This document shows, one piece after another, positions 15,001 through 30,570 of a DNA stretch of 64,000 bases. Every line of letters starts with the position of its first letter. The first letter of the stretch is position 1. The notes under the pieces were generated by a model that saw nothing but the letters and a program-made list of their open reading frames with translations, ran no database searches and was not told the origin of the DNA. Both the position numbers and the translations under genes were made by a program. Source of the stretch: Eledone cirrhosa (taxonomy: Eukaryota); NCBI GenBank assembly GCA_964016885.1, contig OZ024760.1, positions 5,146,001 through 5,210,000 of the forward strand, written 5' to 3'.

Positions 15001-18000
15001 CTCCCACCATAAAAATACGGGGCACCCAAATAAAAACAGCCCCTCCCCCATGTAAAAACGGGGCACCCAAATAAAAAACAGGCCCCTCCATAAAAAACGG
15101 GGCACCCAAATAAAAAAACGGGGCATCCAATTAAAAAACGGGGCACCCAAATAAAAAACTGTCTCCCACCATAAAAATACGGGGCACCCAAATAAAAGCA
15201 GCCCCCCCCCCCCCATATAAAAACGGGGCACCCAAATAAAAAACAGGCCCCTCCATAAAAAACGGGGCACCCAAATAAAAAAACGGGGCATCCAATTAAA
15301 AAACGGGGCACCCAAATAAAAAACGGACCCCCCATAAAAAAATGGGGCACCAAATAAAATAACGGGGCACCCAAATAGAATAACAGGGCACCCAAATAAA
15401 ATAACGGGACATCCAAATAAAAAACGGTCCCCCCATAAAAAAACGGGGCACCCAAATAAAATAACGGAGCACCTAAATAAAAAAAAACGGGGCACCCACA
15501 TAAAAAAACGAGGCACCCAAATAAAAAACGGGGCACCCAGACAAAAAACGAAACACCCAAATAAAAAACGGCCCCCACCCCCCTACATATAAAAACGGGG
15601 CACCCAAATAAAAAAACGGGGCACCGAAATAAAAAACGGGTCACCCAAATAAAAAACATACCTCCCCCCCATAAAAAATCGGGGCACCCAAATAAAAAAC
15701 GCTCCCTCCCCCCATAAATAACGGGGAACCCAAATAAAATAACGAGGCACCCAAATAAAAAACGGTGCACCCAAATAAAAAACGGGGCAGCCAAATAAAA
15801 AAATGGGGCACCCAAATAAAAAACTGGGCGTCCAATTAAAAAAAGGTCCTACCCCCATAAAAAAACGGGGCAGCCAAATAAAAAAACGCGGCACCCAAAT
15901 AAAAAATGGGGCCCCCAAATTAAAAACGGTCCCACCCCCATAAGTATACGGGGCCCCCAAATAAACAAACGGAGCACACAAATAAAAAACGGGGCACCCA
16001 AATAAAAATCGGTCCCACCATAGAAAAACGGTGCACCCAAATAAAAAACAGGCCCCCCCATAAAAAACGGGGCACCCAAATAAAATAACTGGGCACCCAA
16101 ATAAAAAACGGGGCACCCAAATAAGAAAAGGGGCACCCAAATAAAAAATCGGGGCGCCCAAATGAAAAACGGGGCACCTAAATAAAAGAACGGGGCACCC
16201 AACTAAAAAATGGGGCACCCAAATAAAAAACGGACCCCTCCCCCCCCCATTAAAAAGACGGGGCACCCAAATAAAAAACGGTCCCCCCCATAAAAAACGG
16301 GGCACCCAAATAAATAACGGGGCACCCAAATAAAAAATTGGGCACCCAAGTAAAAAACGGTCCCCCACCCCATAAAAAAACGGGGCACCCAAATAAAAAA
16401 ATGGGGCACCGAATGAAAAATGAAACCCCCCCCCCCCCATAAAAAGATGGGGCACCCACATAAAATAACGGGGAACCCAAATAAAATAACGGGGCACCCA
16501 AATAAAAATACGGGGCACCGAACAAAAAAAACGGGACACCCAAATTAAAAAATGGGGCACCGAAATAAAAAAACGAGCACCCAAATAAAAAAACGGAGCA
16601 CCCAAATAAAAAACGGTCCCCCCATAAAAAAACGGGGCACCCAAATAAAAAAATGGGGCACCCAAATATAGAACGGGGCACCCAAATAATAAACGGGGCA
16701 CCCAAATAAAAAAAACGGTCATATAAAAAAACGGGGCACCAAAATAAAAAAAGGGACACCCAAATTAAAAAAACGGGGCACCCAAATAAAGGGAGGGGGC
16801 ACCCAAATGAAAAAATGGGGCACCCAAATTAAAAACGGGGCACCCAAATAAAAACGTGGCACCCAAATAAAAAATAGGGCACCCAAATAAAAAAACGGTT
16901 CACCCAAACAAAAAACGGGGCACCCAAATAAATAACGGGGCACCCAAATAAAAAAACGGGAAACCCAAATAAAAAACGGGGCAGCCAAATAAAAAACAGA
17001 CCCCCCCATAAAAAAACGGGGCACCCAAATAAAAAAACTGGACACCCAAATAAAAAACGGGGCACCCAAATAAAAAACTGGGCACCCATATAAAAATCAG
17101 ACCCCCCATAAAAAAACGAGGCACCAAAATAGAAAACGGTCCCTCCCCCCATAAATAACGGGGCACCCAAATAAAATAGCGGGGTACCCAAATAAAAAAA
17201 ACGGGGTACCCAAATAAAAAACGGGGCACTCGAATAAAAAAACGGGGCACCCAAATAAAAATACGGGGCACCCAAATAAAAATACGGGGCACCCAAATAA
17301 AAACGGGGCACCCAAATAAAATACGCCCCCCCCCCCCATAAAAAACGGGGCACCCAAATAAAATAACGGGGCACCCAAATAAAAAAACTGGGCCTCCAAT
17401 TAAAAAACGGTCCTACCCCCATAAAAAAAGGAGGCACCCAAATAAAAAAACGTGGCACCCAAATAAAAAACGGGGCCCCCGAGATAAAAAAAACGGTCCC
17501 GCCCCCATAAATATACGAGGCATCCAAATAAAAAACGGCCCCCCCCATTAAAGAACGGGGCACCCAAATAAAAAACAGCCCCCCCCCCCCATATAAAAAC
17601 GGGGCACCCAAATAAAAAAACGGGCACCCAAATAAAAAACGGCGCACCCAATTAAAAAACGGGGCACCCAAATAAAAAACGGGCCCCCCCCCATAAAAAA
17701 ATGGAGCACCCAAATAAAAAAACGGGACACCCATAAAGAAACGGGGCACCCAAATAGAAAACGGAGCACCCAAATAAAAATACGGGGCACCCAAATAAAA
17801 AGACGGGTCACCCAAATAAAAAAACCGGGCACCCAAATAAAAAAAATGGGGCACCCAAATAAAAGAATGGGCACACAAATAAAAAAACGGGGCACCCAAA
17901 TAAAAAACGGTCCCCCCATAAAAAACGGGGCACCCAAATAATAAACGGGGCACACAAATAAAAAACGGACCCCCCATAAAAAAATGGGGCACCCAAATAA

Positions 18001-18572
18001 AATAACGGGGCACCCAAATAGAATAACGGGGCACCCAAATAAAATAATGGGACATCCAAATAAAAAACGGTCCCCCCATAAAAAAACGGGGCACCCAAAT
18101 AAAATAACGGGGCACCCAAATAAAAAAACGGGGCACCCAAATAAAAAACGGGGCACCCAAATAAAAAACGAAACACCCAAATAAAAAACGGCCCTCCCAT
18201 ATAAAAACGGGGCACACAAATAAAAAAACGGGACACCCAAATAAAAAACGGGGCACCGAAATAAAAAACGGGGCACCCAAATAAAAAACAGACCTCCCCC
18301 CATAAAAAACGGGGCACCCAAATAAAATAACTGGGCACCCAAATAAAAAAACGGGGCGCCCAAATAAAAAACGGGGCACCCAATTAAAAGACGGGGCACC
18401 CAAATAAAAAATCGGGGCACCCAAATGAAAAACGGGGCACCTAAATAAAAAATGGGGCACCCAAATAAAAAATGGGGCACCCAAATAAAGAACGGGGCAC
18501 CCAAATAAAAAACTGTCTCCCACCATAAAAATACGGGGCACCCAAATAAAAACAGCCCCCCCCCCCCCCCCC
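1..18572. repeat. Tandem satellite array, ~20-21-bp monomer (consensus AAATAAAAAACGGGGCACCC), with variant monomers and kb-scale higher-order duplications; extends beyond window start
   Basis: Uninterrupted monomer repetition for 18.5 kb with interspersed ACGGTCCCCCCAT variants; diagnostic variant monomers recur at ~2.38 kb, ~1.04 kb and ~0.97 kb spacing. Confidence 0.97.
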
Positions 18573-18940
<368 letters not shown>

Positions 18941-18942
18941 TT

Positions 18943-19013
18943 CAGTTCCCGTCCCACCCTTGCAAGCAGGGAAAAGTGGACGTAAAATGAAATGATGATG
19001 ATGATGATGATGA
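18943..19013 (+). mobile_element. Isolated 3' tail of RTE/SINE family 1 ending in (GAT)n
   Basis: CAGTTCCCGTCCCACCCTTGCAAGCAGGGAAAAGTGGACGTAAAATG..(ATG)n matches the tail of the SINE at 45531-45870. Confidence 0.75.
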
Positions 19014-19112
19014 TGTATATATATATATTAAGATAAGCAGAACAAGTAAAATTCAATCAATTTTTCAAAATACATTAAAAAATATAATATAAATATTTAC
19101 CTCTCCTAGTGG

Positions 19113-19183
19113 CCCTTACTGATCAGTTTCGCTTTGTAAAACCTCATAAATCCGATGATGGAAAACCAAAGCTCATCAGAGAA
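19113..19183 (-). ncRNA. Type-I hammerhead ribozyme motif (family G) in a ~400-bp non-coding island
   Basis: Minus strand: ttct-CTGATGA-GCTTTG...CAAAGC-GAAA-CTGATCAG(palindrome)-TA-aggg; stem II 6 bp, stem I 4 bp with two G-U pairs, GUA cleavage triplet. Confidence 0.7.
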
Positions 19184-19782
19184 GCATTTTCCCTTCCTAG
19201 GGCTAAACGTCCCAGGAACGACAAAATATACAACCTCCAGGCAGCTAATAAAGGTCTGAAAGGTCGTAAAAGTGACCCGTATGTAAACTGGGACCGAAGT
19301 AAAAGCGGGAAAATCAAAGACTTGCTGTCTACAATTACTACTAAAAAAATAGCAGCCAAGTAGAGCAACAGATTTGTTCTTAACGGACGGAGAAAAAGGT
19401 AGAAGTTAATATGTCCAGGGATACTAGGTACCCCTAGAAATGTATATATATATATGTATGTATAGGTATATATAGTATATGTATTGTATATTGTATGTAT
19501 ATATGATATATATATTATATGTATGTATATATTATGTATGTATATATATGTATGGTATATATTATATATATGTATATATTATGTATGTATATATATATAT
19601 GATATTTATATATATATGTATGTATATATATATATATGTAGTGATATATAGATGGAGGTTGTGAGTATATGTAGATAGTATGGATAGTATAGTGTATGTA
19701 GTATATGTGTAGATATATATGTAGTGTAGAGTATGTATATATATACAGTATATATATACATATAGTATATATATATACATAT

Positions 19783-20055
19783 AACTTGAAAAACTTAACT
19801 TGAAATGGTTTGGGGCCAGGATGGGCCCAGGCCATGTCTACTGTAAGAGCACCACCTGGCGAAGTCTGTCAATTCAGGATTTGGGCATCCATGGCCCATG
19901 CGAGAAGAGAATTACTGTTGGCGGAGACAGATCGGGGGGGGGGGGGGGCGGGTGGTCCGGGGTGGATGGTGGAATTTGTCAGGCGGGTTGGGGGGAGGGG
20001 GCTGGGGAGGGGGGGTCTGGGCAGGGGGGTCTGTTTGACGTGTCTGGTGTGATAG
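19783..20055 (-). mobile_element. Degenerate 3' end of CR1-group LINE (same family as 27547-28685)
   Basis: Alignable to ~27547-27790 (SANSNSLL.WAM motif and 3' UTR) but with many T>G changes. Confidence 0.75.
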
Positions 20056-21547
20056 TACATGAGTGTGATATATAGTGAGTATAGTATGAGTATATAGTAT
20101 GATAGAGTACTTATGAGTATAGTATAGTATAGTGAGTAGTATAGTAGTATATAGAGTAGTATAGAGTAGTATATAGTGTATAGATATAGTAGTATGAGTA
20201 TAGTAGTACATAGTTATAGTGTATAGTAGTGTATATAGTATGTGTGTGTGTGTATCGTGTAGTGTGTACTGTAGTAGTAGTAGTATAGTGTAGAGTAGTA
20301 GATATGAGTAGTAGATAGATAGGATAGATATATATATAGTAGTAGAGTAGTGTGTAGTATAGAGTGATAGAGTAGAGTAGTAGTAGTATGAGATAGTAGT
20401 ATAGTAGTAATAGAGTAGAGTATAGTATAGTATATAGAGTAGTAGTAGTAGTATATAGTGAGTAGAGTATAGTAGTAGTAGAGTATGTAGTAGTGTGTGT
20501 ATACATAGTGAGTATGTGTGTGTATGTATGTGTGTGTACAGTGAGTGTGTATAGAGTAGTGATAGTAGTATAGTGAGAGTGATATATAGTACGAGTAGAG
20601 AGTGTATATAGTATAGTAGTAGTAGAGTATAGTATAGTAGTAGTATAGTAGTAGTATAGTATAGAGTATAGTATGTGAGTGTATAGTGATATAGTGATAT
20701 CGAGTATATAGTAGTATATAGTAGTATAGAGTAGTAGTAGAGTATATAGTATAGTATAGTAGTATATAGTGTAGTACAGTAGTATGAGTAGTGAGTAGTA
20801 TAGTGATAGTATAGTATGAGATAGTAGCTGTATATGTGATGAGTAGTATATGATAGTGAGTACATATGAGTATAGTATGATAGTGATATGAGTAGTGTAT
20901 ATGAGGTAGTAGTAGTATAGTAGTGTAGTGTATAGAGTAGATATCAGATGTAGAGTATACAGTATATAGTAGATAGTAGTAGTAGAGATAGTGTATATAG
21001 TAGTATAGAGTATAGTATAGTGAGTATAGTAGTAGTAGTATATAGTATAGTGAGTATAGTATAGTGTGAGTATGTATATATAGAGTAGTATAGTAGTATA
21101 CAGTATGAGTATGACGATATAGTAGTAGTATAGTATAGATAGTATATAGTACGATATGTGTATATGAGTACAGTATGAGTGAGAGTATAGTACAGTGAGT
21201 ATATCATGACAGTAGATATAGTATAGTGAGATAGTATAGTAGTATACATGACATAGTAGTATAGTATAGTATAGGTAGCTGTATGAGTATATAGTGTGTA
21301 TGAGTATAGTACAGTATAGTGATATAGTATCAGTACTTAGTATGAGTATGAGAGAGTATGATATAGTGAGTAGAGTACATGAGTAGTACAGACATAATAT
21401 ATATATACATATATATACATACATATACATCTATATACATATATATACATACATATATATATATATATACATATATATACATACATATACATCTATATAC
21501 ATATATATACATACATAATATATATATATATACATATATATACATAC

Positions 21548-21578
<31 letters not shown>

Positions 21579-21642
21579 CATATATATAGTATATATACAG
21601 TATATATATAGTATACATATATATATATATACATATATATAC

Positions 21643-21673
<31 letters not shown>

Positions 21674-21716
21674 CATATATATATATACATATATATATAT
21701 ACATATATATATATAC

Positions 21717-21761
<45 letters not shown>

Positions 21762-21777
21762 TATATAGAATATATAC

Positions 21778-21813
<36 letters not shown>

Positions 21814-21964
21814 ATATATATATATACATATATATATACATATACATATATATATATATACATATATACATATATATACATATATACGTATATGTATATA
21901 TAGTATATGTAGTATATATACATTATATATTTACATATACACATATATATACATATATACATAA

Positions 21965-21995
<31 letters not shown>

Positions 21996-22152
21996 CATAT
22001 ATATATACATTTACATATATATATACATATATATATATACATATATACATATATATACATATATACATAAATATATATATACATATATATATATATACAT
22101 AAATATATATATATACATATATATATATATACATTATATATATATAGTATGC

Positions 22153-22184
<32 letters not shown>

Positions 22185-22186
22185 GC

Positions 22187-22259
<73 letters not shown>

Positions 22260-22274
22260 CATATATATATGTAC

Positions 22275-22321
<47 letters not shown>

Positions 22322-22396
22322 CATATATATATATACATATATATATATACACATATATATATACACATATATATATATACACATATATATATATAC

Positions 22397-22491
<95 letters not shown>

Positions 22492-22581
22492 CATATATAT
22501 ATACATATATATATATATACATATATATATACATATATATATATATATACATATAGTATATATATACATATATATATATAC

Positions 22582-22628
<47 letters not shown>

Positions 22629-22629
22629 C

Positions 22630-22680
<51 letters not shown>

Positions 22681-22749
22681 CATATATATATACATATATA
22701 TATATATACATATATATATACATATATATATATACATATATATATACAC

Positions 22750-22784
<35 letters not shown>

Positions 22785-22815
22785 CATACATATATATATA
22801 TACATATATACATAC

Positions 22816-22853
<38 letters not shown>

Positions 22854-23121
22854 ATACATATATATATATATATACATACATATAATATACATACATATAT
22901 ATATACATACATACATATATATACATATATATACATACATATACATCTATATGAATATATATACATACATATATATATATATACATATATATACATACAT
23001 ATACATCTATATGAATATATATACATACATATATATATATATACATATATATACATACATATACATCTATATACATATATATACATACATATACATCTAT
23101 ATGAATATATATACATACATA

Positions 23122-23153
<32 letters not shown>

Positions 23154-23161
23154 AATACATA

Positions 23162-23199
<38 letters not shown>

Positions 23200-23232
23200 A
23201 ATACATATATATATATATACATATATATATAC

Positions 23233-23303
<71 letters not shown>

Positions 23304-23314
23304 CATATATATAC

Positions 23315-23399
<85 letters not shown>

Positions 23400-23414
23400 C
23401 ATATATATATATAG

Positions 23415-23503
<89 letters not shown>

Positions 23504-23562
23504 CATATATATATATACATATATATATATACATATATATATATACACATATATATATATAC

Positions 23563-23609
<47 letters not shown>

Positions 23610-23768
23610 CATATATATATATACATATATATATATAGATATATATATATATATATAGATATATATATATATATATAGATATATATATATAGATATATAT
23701 ATATATAGATATATATACATATATATATATATACATACATATATATATACATACATATATATATATAT
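20056..23768. repeat. Degenerate (TAG/TATAG)n block followed by (TA)n/(CATA)n microsatellite
   Basis: Direct reading. Confidence 0.9.
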
Positions 23769-24374
23769 GGTGGCTGCCAACTCGTTTTCGAGTACGGCCA
23801 CTACTTTATATCCATGTAGGAGAACCCCTACTGATGCGCTAAACAAGTGTGACTTTTTAGTCCAGCCAGTGACTTGAAAACTCTGGTACAAACACTACAC
23901 TTGTGACAATTATTGACACATAGTGCTGGGCCCATGGTACCATGTGACAACAAGTGCAGAGAGATCTCCAGATATAAAGCAATGCCTGTGCCGTGAAGCT
24001 TTTATAGTGAGCAAAGGCACTGCACAAAGCCAGTCCCACTCTCTTAACCAAGATGATATTTACCAAAAAGAAGAACAAGTCAACATCATTGGATGCCATC
24101 AGGGTTGGCAGGTGTTATATCAGAGTTTTCCTTCTCCTAGAATTCTGCCTTGACAAAGGCTAAGGGGTCATCTCTCCCGGTGATTTTGGATGGCCATTGA
24201 CTCTTAAGAGTTGCTCTTTGACAGGTTTTGGTTTTTAGTCCTGCAGGATGTCCAAAGTCACCCTCCTCACCAAGAAACCTTGGTGGGGGTTGCCAGTTTA
24301 GTCGCCAACGACCCGACCATGGGACAGGTTGTACTGGGATACATGTTACCAGTAGCACCAACTGGTGACCCGAC
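23769..24374 (-). mobile_element. ~600-bp non-autonomous RTE-like mini-element, copy 1, in (TA)n
   Basis: Near-identical to 26358-26952 and 52431-53025; terminal hairpin ACTCGAAAACGAGT..GCCACC followed by (TA)n; remnant C2H2 finger. Confidence 0.7.
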
Positions 24375-24472
24375 ATATGTATATATATATATACATACAT
24401 ATATATATATACATACATATATATATACATACATATATATATATATACATACATATATATATATATACATAC

Positions 24473-24507
<35 letters not shown>

Positions 24508-24538
24508 CATACATATATATATATATACATATATATAC

Positions 24539-24595
<57 letters not shown>

Positions 24596-25022
24596 CATAT
24601 ATATATATACATATATATATACATACATATATATATATACATATATATATACATACATATATATATACATATATATATACATACATATATATATATACAT
24701 ATATATATACATACATATATATATACATACATATATATATATATACATATATATATACATACATATATATATATATACATAAATATATATATATATACAT
24801 ATATATACACATACATATATATATATATACATAAATATATATATATATACATATATATACATACATATATATATATATACATATACATATATATACATAT
24901 ATATACATACATATATATATATATACATATACATATATATATACATATATATATACATATATATATATATACATATATATATACATATATATATATACAT
25001 ATATATATATACAAATATATAC

Positions 25023-25057
<35 letters not shown>

Positions 25058-25064
25058 CATATAT

Positions 25065-25151
<87 letters not shown>

Positions 25152-25209
25152 CATATATATACATATATACATATATATATATATACATATATATATATAC
25201 AATATATAC

Positions 25210-25246
<37 letters not shown>

Positions 25247-25321
25247 CATATATATATACATATATATATACATATATACATATATATATATACATATACA
25301 TATATATATATATACATATAT

Positions 25322-25354
<33 letters not shown>

Positions 25355-25373
25355 TATATATACATATATATAC

Positions 25374-25404
<31 letters not shown>

Positions 25405-25537
25405 CATATATATATACATATATATATACATATATATATACATATATACATATATATATATATACATATATATATACATACATATATATATACATATATA
25501 TATACATACATATATATATACATATATATATATATGC

Positions 25538-25568
<31 letters not shown>

Positions 25569-25614
25569 CATATATATATATCCATATATATATATATATA
25601 TATATATATATTCC

Positions 25615-25662
<48 letters not shown>

Positions 25663-25719
25663 CCATATATATATATATATATATATATCCATATATATAT
25701 ATATATATATATCCATATA

Positions 25720-25759
<40 letters not shown>

Positions 25760-26105
25760 CATAAATATATATATACATATATATATATATACATATATAT
25801 ATATACATATATATATATACACATATATATACATATATATATACATATATATATATACATATATATATACATATATATATATACATATATATATGTACAT
25901 ATATATATATACATAATATATATACATATATATATATACATATATATATATACATATATATATATACATATATATATATACATATATATATATACATATA
26001 TATATACATATATACATACATATATACATATATACATATATATACATATATATATATACATATATATACAGATATATATACATATATATATACATATATA
26101 TATAC

Positions 26106-26136
<31 letters not shown>

Positions 26137-26139
26137 CAA

Positions 26140-26184
<45 letters not shown>

Positions 26185-26310
26185 TATATACATATATATA
26201 TATATATACAAATATACATATATATACATATATACATATATATATATAGATATACATATATATATATTGTTATACTTGGGGAGGGTCATATGTATATATA
26301 TATATATATG

Positions 26311-26357
<47 letters not shown>
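24375..26357. repeat. (TA)n/(CATA)n microsatellite
   Basis: Direct reading. Confidence 0.95.
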
Positions 26358-26952
26358 GGTGGCTGCCAACTCGTTTTCGAGTACGGCCACTACTTTATAT
26401 CCATATAGGAGAACCCCTACCGATGCAGTGAACGAGTGTGACCTTTTAGTCCAGCCAGCGACTTGAAAACTCTGGTACAAACACTACACTTGTGACAAAT
26501 ATTGACACATAGTGCTGGGGCCATGGTACCCTGTGACGACAAGTGCAGAGAGATCTCCAGATATAAAGCAATGCCTGTGCCGTGAAGCTTTATAGTGAGC
26601 AAAGGCACTGCACAAAGCCAGTCCCACTCTCTTAACCAAGATGATATTACCAAAAAGAAGAACAAGTCAACATCATTGGATACCATCAGAGTTGCAGGTG
26701 TTATATCAGAGTTTTCCTTCTCCTAGAATTCTGCCTTGACAAAGGCTAAGGGGTCATCTCTCCCGGTGATTTTGGATGGCCATTGACTCTTAAGAGCTCC
26801 TTTGCCCTTTGACAGGTCTTGTTTTTAGTCCTGCAGGATGTCCAAAGTCACCCTCCTCACCAAGAAACCTTGGTGGGGTTGCCAGTTTTAGTCGCCAACG
26901 ACCCGACCATGGGACAGGTTGTACTGGGATACATGTTACCAGTATCTGGTAA
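26358..26952 (-). mobile_element. ~600-bp non-autonomous RTE-like mini-element, copy 2
   Basis: Same 3' end as copy 1; retains [22 protein letters not shown] (C2H2 finger, as at RTE ORF C-termini). Confidence 0.7.
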
Positions 26953-26956
26953 TACA

Positions 26957-27060
<104 letters not shown>

Positions 27061-27065
27061 TATAC

Positions 27066-27100
<35 letters not shown>

Positions 27101-27135
27101 CATATATATACATATATATATATATGCATATATAT

Positions 27136-27166
<31 letters not shown>

Positions 27167-27193
27167 TACATATATATATACATATATATATAC

Positions 27194-27228
<35 letters not shown>

Positions 27229-27241
27229 CATATATATATAC

Positions 27242-27276
<35 letters not shown>

Positions 27277-27337
27277 CATATATATATACATATATATATA
27301 CATATATATATACATATATATATACATATATATATAC

Positions 27338-27410
<73 letters not shown>

Positions 27411-27471
27411 TACATATATATATATATATACATATATATTCATATATATATATATATATATACATATATAC

Positions 27472-27503
<32 letters not shown>

Positions 27504-27546
27504 TCATATATATTTTCATATATATATATACATATATATATACATA

Positions 27547-28685
27547 ACTTTGAATAACTTTGAAATGTTTTGGCCAGTATTGGCCCAGGCCATGTCTAAC
27601 TTAATAGCACCACCTGGCGAAGTCTTTCAATTCAGGATTTGGGCACCATAGCCCATTCGAGAAGAGAATTACTGTTTGCGGAGACATATCCGGGTGTGGG
27701 TGGTTTGTCCGGGATTACTTGGAGGAATTTGTCCAAAGACTTCTTGAATTTTGTGTGGTCAGTTTCTGTTTTGACGTGTCCTGGTGTGATGTTGAAGAGA
27801 GCAGGGCCGATTGAGGTGAAATAATTGTGCCGTATTGTTGTTATGAGTTGCGATTTAGATTTTTGAATGGGACGGATAGCACGGGGCCCAAGCCTTGGGT
27901 GTATCTTGAAGGCGATGCCAACATCATTTGGGCAGTGATGATGGAACATTTTCCACATCATGCAGATAATATAACGCTCACGGCGACGTTGGAGTGAGTA
28001 AAGTTTCAGGTTTTCTAATCGACCCCAGTAGTCAAGGTCTGACATGCCATCTATCTTTTTCGTGATTGCCCTTTGAGGAGCTTCAAGTTTCATGATACTT
28101 TGTTTCGTGTGGGGAGACCACAGTGGACAACAGTATTCAAGGTCTGGTCGGGCAAAAGTAGAGAAGAGAAGGATAATGGTGCGGGAATCTCTCGACTGGA
28201 AGGTTCTGAGGATCCAGGAACACATTCTGCGGGCCATGTCAACTTTGCTGCTTATATGCGTGGTCCAGCTTATGTTGCTGTCCACGGTTACTCCCAAGTC
28301 TCTGATGTTGTTAGATGCCATGAGAGTTTCCCCGGAGGGAAGGGAGTACGGGAGTTTCAGAGCATTCTCTTTTCCAAAGTGGATCAGTTCGAATTTGTCT
28401 TCGTTCAGTAACATGTTGTTCTTTTCTGCCCATTGGGTAACAGCCAGTAGGTCTGACTGAAGGCTTATCCGGTCATCCACGCCATTGATGACCTTTTGAG
28501 CTTGGAATCATCAGCGAAAATTTTAATGTTGCTGTGTTTGATGATGTCAGTGATGTCATTAATATAGATGATGAAGAGAAGTGGGCCCAACACAGTGCCT
28601 TGTGGGACCCCACTACTGACTTTGGCTGGGCTTGATTTGACTCCCTCAACTACAACATGTTGGGTTCTGTTTGACAGAAGCTCTT
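27547..28685 (-). mobile_element. 5'-truncated CR1-group LINE (RT C-terminal half plus 3' UTR), frameshifted near 28480
   Basis: [21 protein letters not shown]...FADDSKL RT motifs; LEYCCPLWSPH; YWGRLENLKLYSLQRRRERY; TTCAAAGTTA tandem tail. Confidence 0.9.
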
Positions 28686-28697
28686 GATCCACTGCAG

Positions 28698-28698
28698 C

Positions 28699-28761
<63 letters not shown>

Positions 28762-28769
28762 CTTACATA

Positions 28770-28803
<34 letters not shown>

Positions 28804-28854
28804 CTTACATATATATATATATATAATATACATATATATATATATACTTACATA

Positions 28855-28888
<34 letters not shown>

Positions 28889-28982
28889 CTTACATATATA
28901 TATATATATACTTACATATATATATATATATACTTACATATATATATATATATACTTACATATATATATATATATACTTACA

Positions 28983-29018
<36 letters not shown>

Positions 29019-29056
29019 CTTACATATATATATACATATATATATATATATACTTA

Positions 29057-29092
<36 letters not shown>

Positions 29093-29215
29093 CTTATATA
29101 TATATACATATATACATATATATATATATATACTTATATATATATACATATATACATATATATATATACATATATATATATACATACTTACATATATATA
29201 TATACATATATACAT

Positions 29216-29246
<31 letters not shown>

Positions 29247-29488
29247 TACATATATACATATATATATATATACATACATATATACATATATATATATACA
29301 TATATATATACATATATACATATATACATATATATATATATACATATATACATATATATATATATACATACATACATATATACATATATATATATACATA
29401 CATATATATATACATATATACATATATATACATATACATATATATACATACATATATATATATATATATATACATATATACACATATA
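28698..29488. repeat. (TA)n/(CATA)n/(TACT) microsatellite
   Basis: Direct reading. Confidence 0.95.
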
Positions 29489-29820
29489 CATCATTTCATT
29501 TAACGCCCACTTTTCGCTGCTTGCAAGGATGGGACGAGAACAGACTCTGGCTTGATTTTTACAGTTGGATGCCCTTCCTAACACCAACCTAATTTACAGT
29601 GAGTGCTGGGTGCTTTTTTGCCGTGGCACCTCCACGACCACCTTGCAGTGGAATGATAGGGACCCCAGTCCCTATCATCTCATTTCTACAGCTGACTAAA
29701 CTGGAGCAATGTGAAATAAAGTGTCTTGCTCAAGGAAACAACACACCACTCGGTCTGAGAATTGAACTCACAACCTTTCGATAGCAAGGCCAATGCTCTA
29801 ACCACTAAGCCATGTGCCTC
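29489..29820 (-). mobile_element. tRNA-headed SINE family 1
   Basis: Reverse complement of 45531-45870; A box TGGCTTAGTGG, B box GAGTTCAATTC, RTE-type tail. Confidence 0.85.
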
Positions 29821-29911
29821 TATATATATATATATATATACATATATATACATATATATACATATAATATAAAACGAAAAATCAGTGATGCATCTGGACT
29901 CAGTTTATTGT

Positions 29912-29949
29912 GTGTTACAATTGTTTCGCTGGCAGATAGCTTGAGACAC
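29912..29949 (-). ncRNA. Decayed hammerhead motif (core mutated)
   Basis: gtgt-CTCAA-GCT atctgcc AGC-GAAA-CAATTG-TA-acac: all three stems present, but CTGANGA is reduced to CTCAA. Confidence 0.4.
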
Positions 29950-30570
29950 GATCATTGTATGGATCTGTCTGATTATAGATCTGCAAATTTTCTCACTGGG
30001 GTGTTAGCTTCAAAAAACATCTTCCTCTCTTGTCTTGCTATTGGCTCTTTTTCTACATCATCATAAATTCTGGTCAATATTTGCTGCCAAACTGGTCATC
30101 AGCAACTCTCCGTCCGACACACATCAATGGACTCATGCTGGGTTTGGTATTTCATAAGTCCACTCACACACACATATATACCCACACATACACATGCACA
30201 CACGTACATATATACACATACACATATGTACACACACATATGTACGAATATACACCCGCATACATATACATACACACTCACTCTCACACACACGACCATA
30301 TACATACCAACATACACGTCTACAGGCGCCTGCCTATATGGCCTCGTACATCCACTCTCACACGCACACACGCACACACGCCGACACACACACACACATA
30401 TATATACATATAAGCAAAGGGATATTTAATTTGTTGGTAATTCAACAAATATATATATCTATAACTGATTCAAAGCACTCAACAGATTTTCTGGAGTATA
30501 ATATCAGGTAAAATTTGAACCGCGAAGGTCTCGTTCCTGGATATATCAATATTTATAAAACAAACTTTGT

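Noticed and set aside
1-18572. CRISPR-like repeat/spacer appearance
   Set aside because: The intervening units are variant monomers, not unique spacers; eukaryotic context; no cas genes
19109-19363. 84-aa Lys-rich ORF
   Set aside because: GTG start, no recognisable domain, overlaps a hammerhead on the other strand
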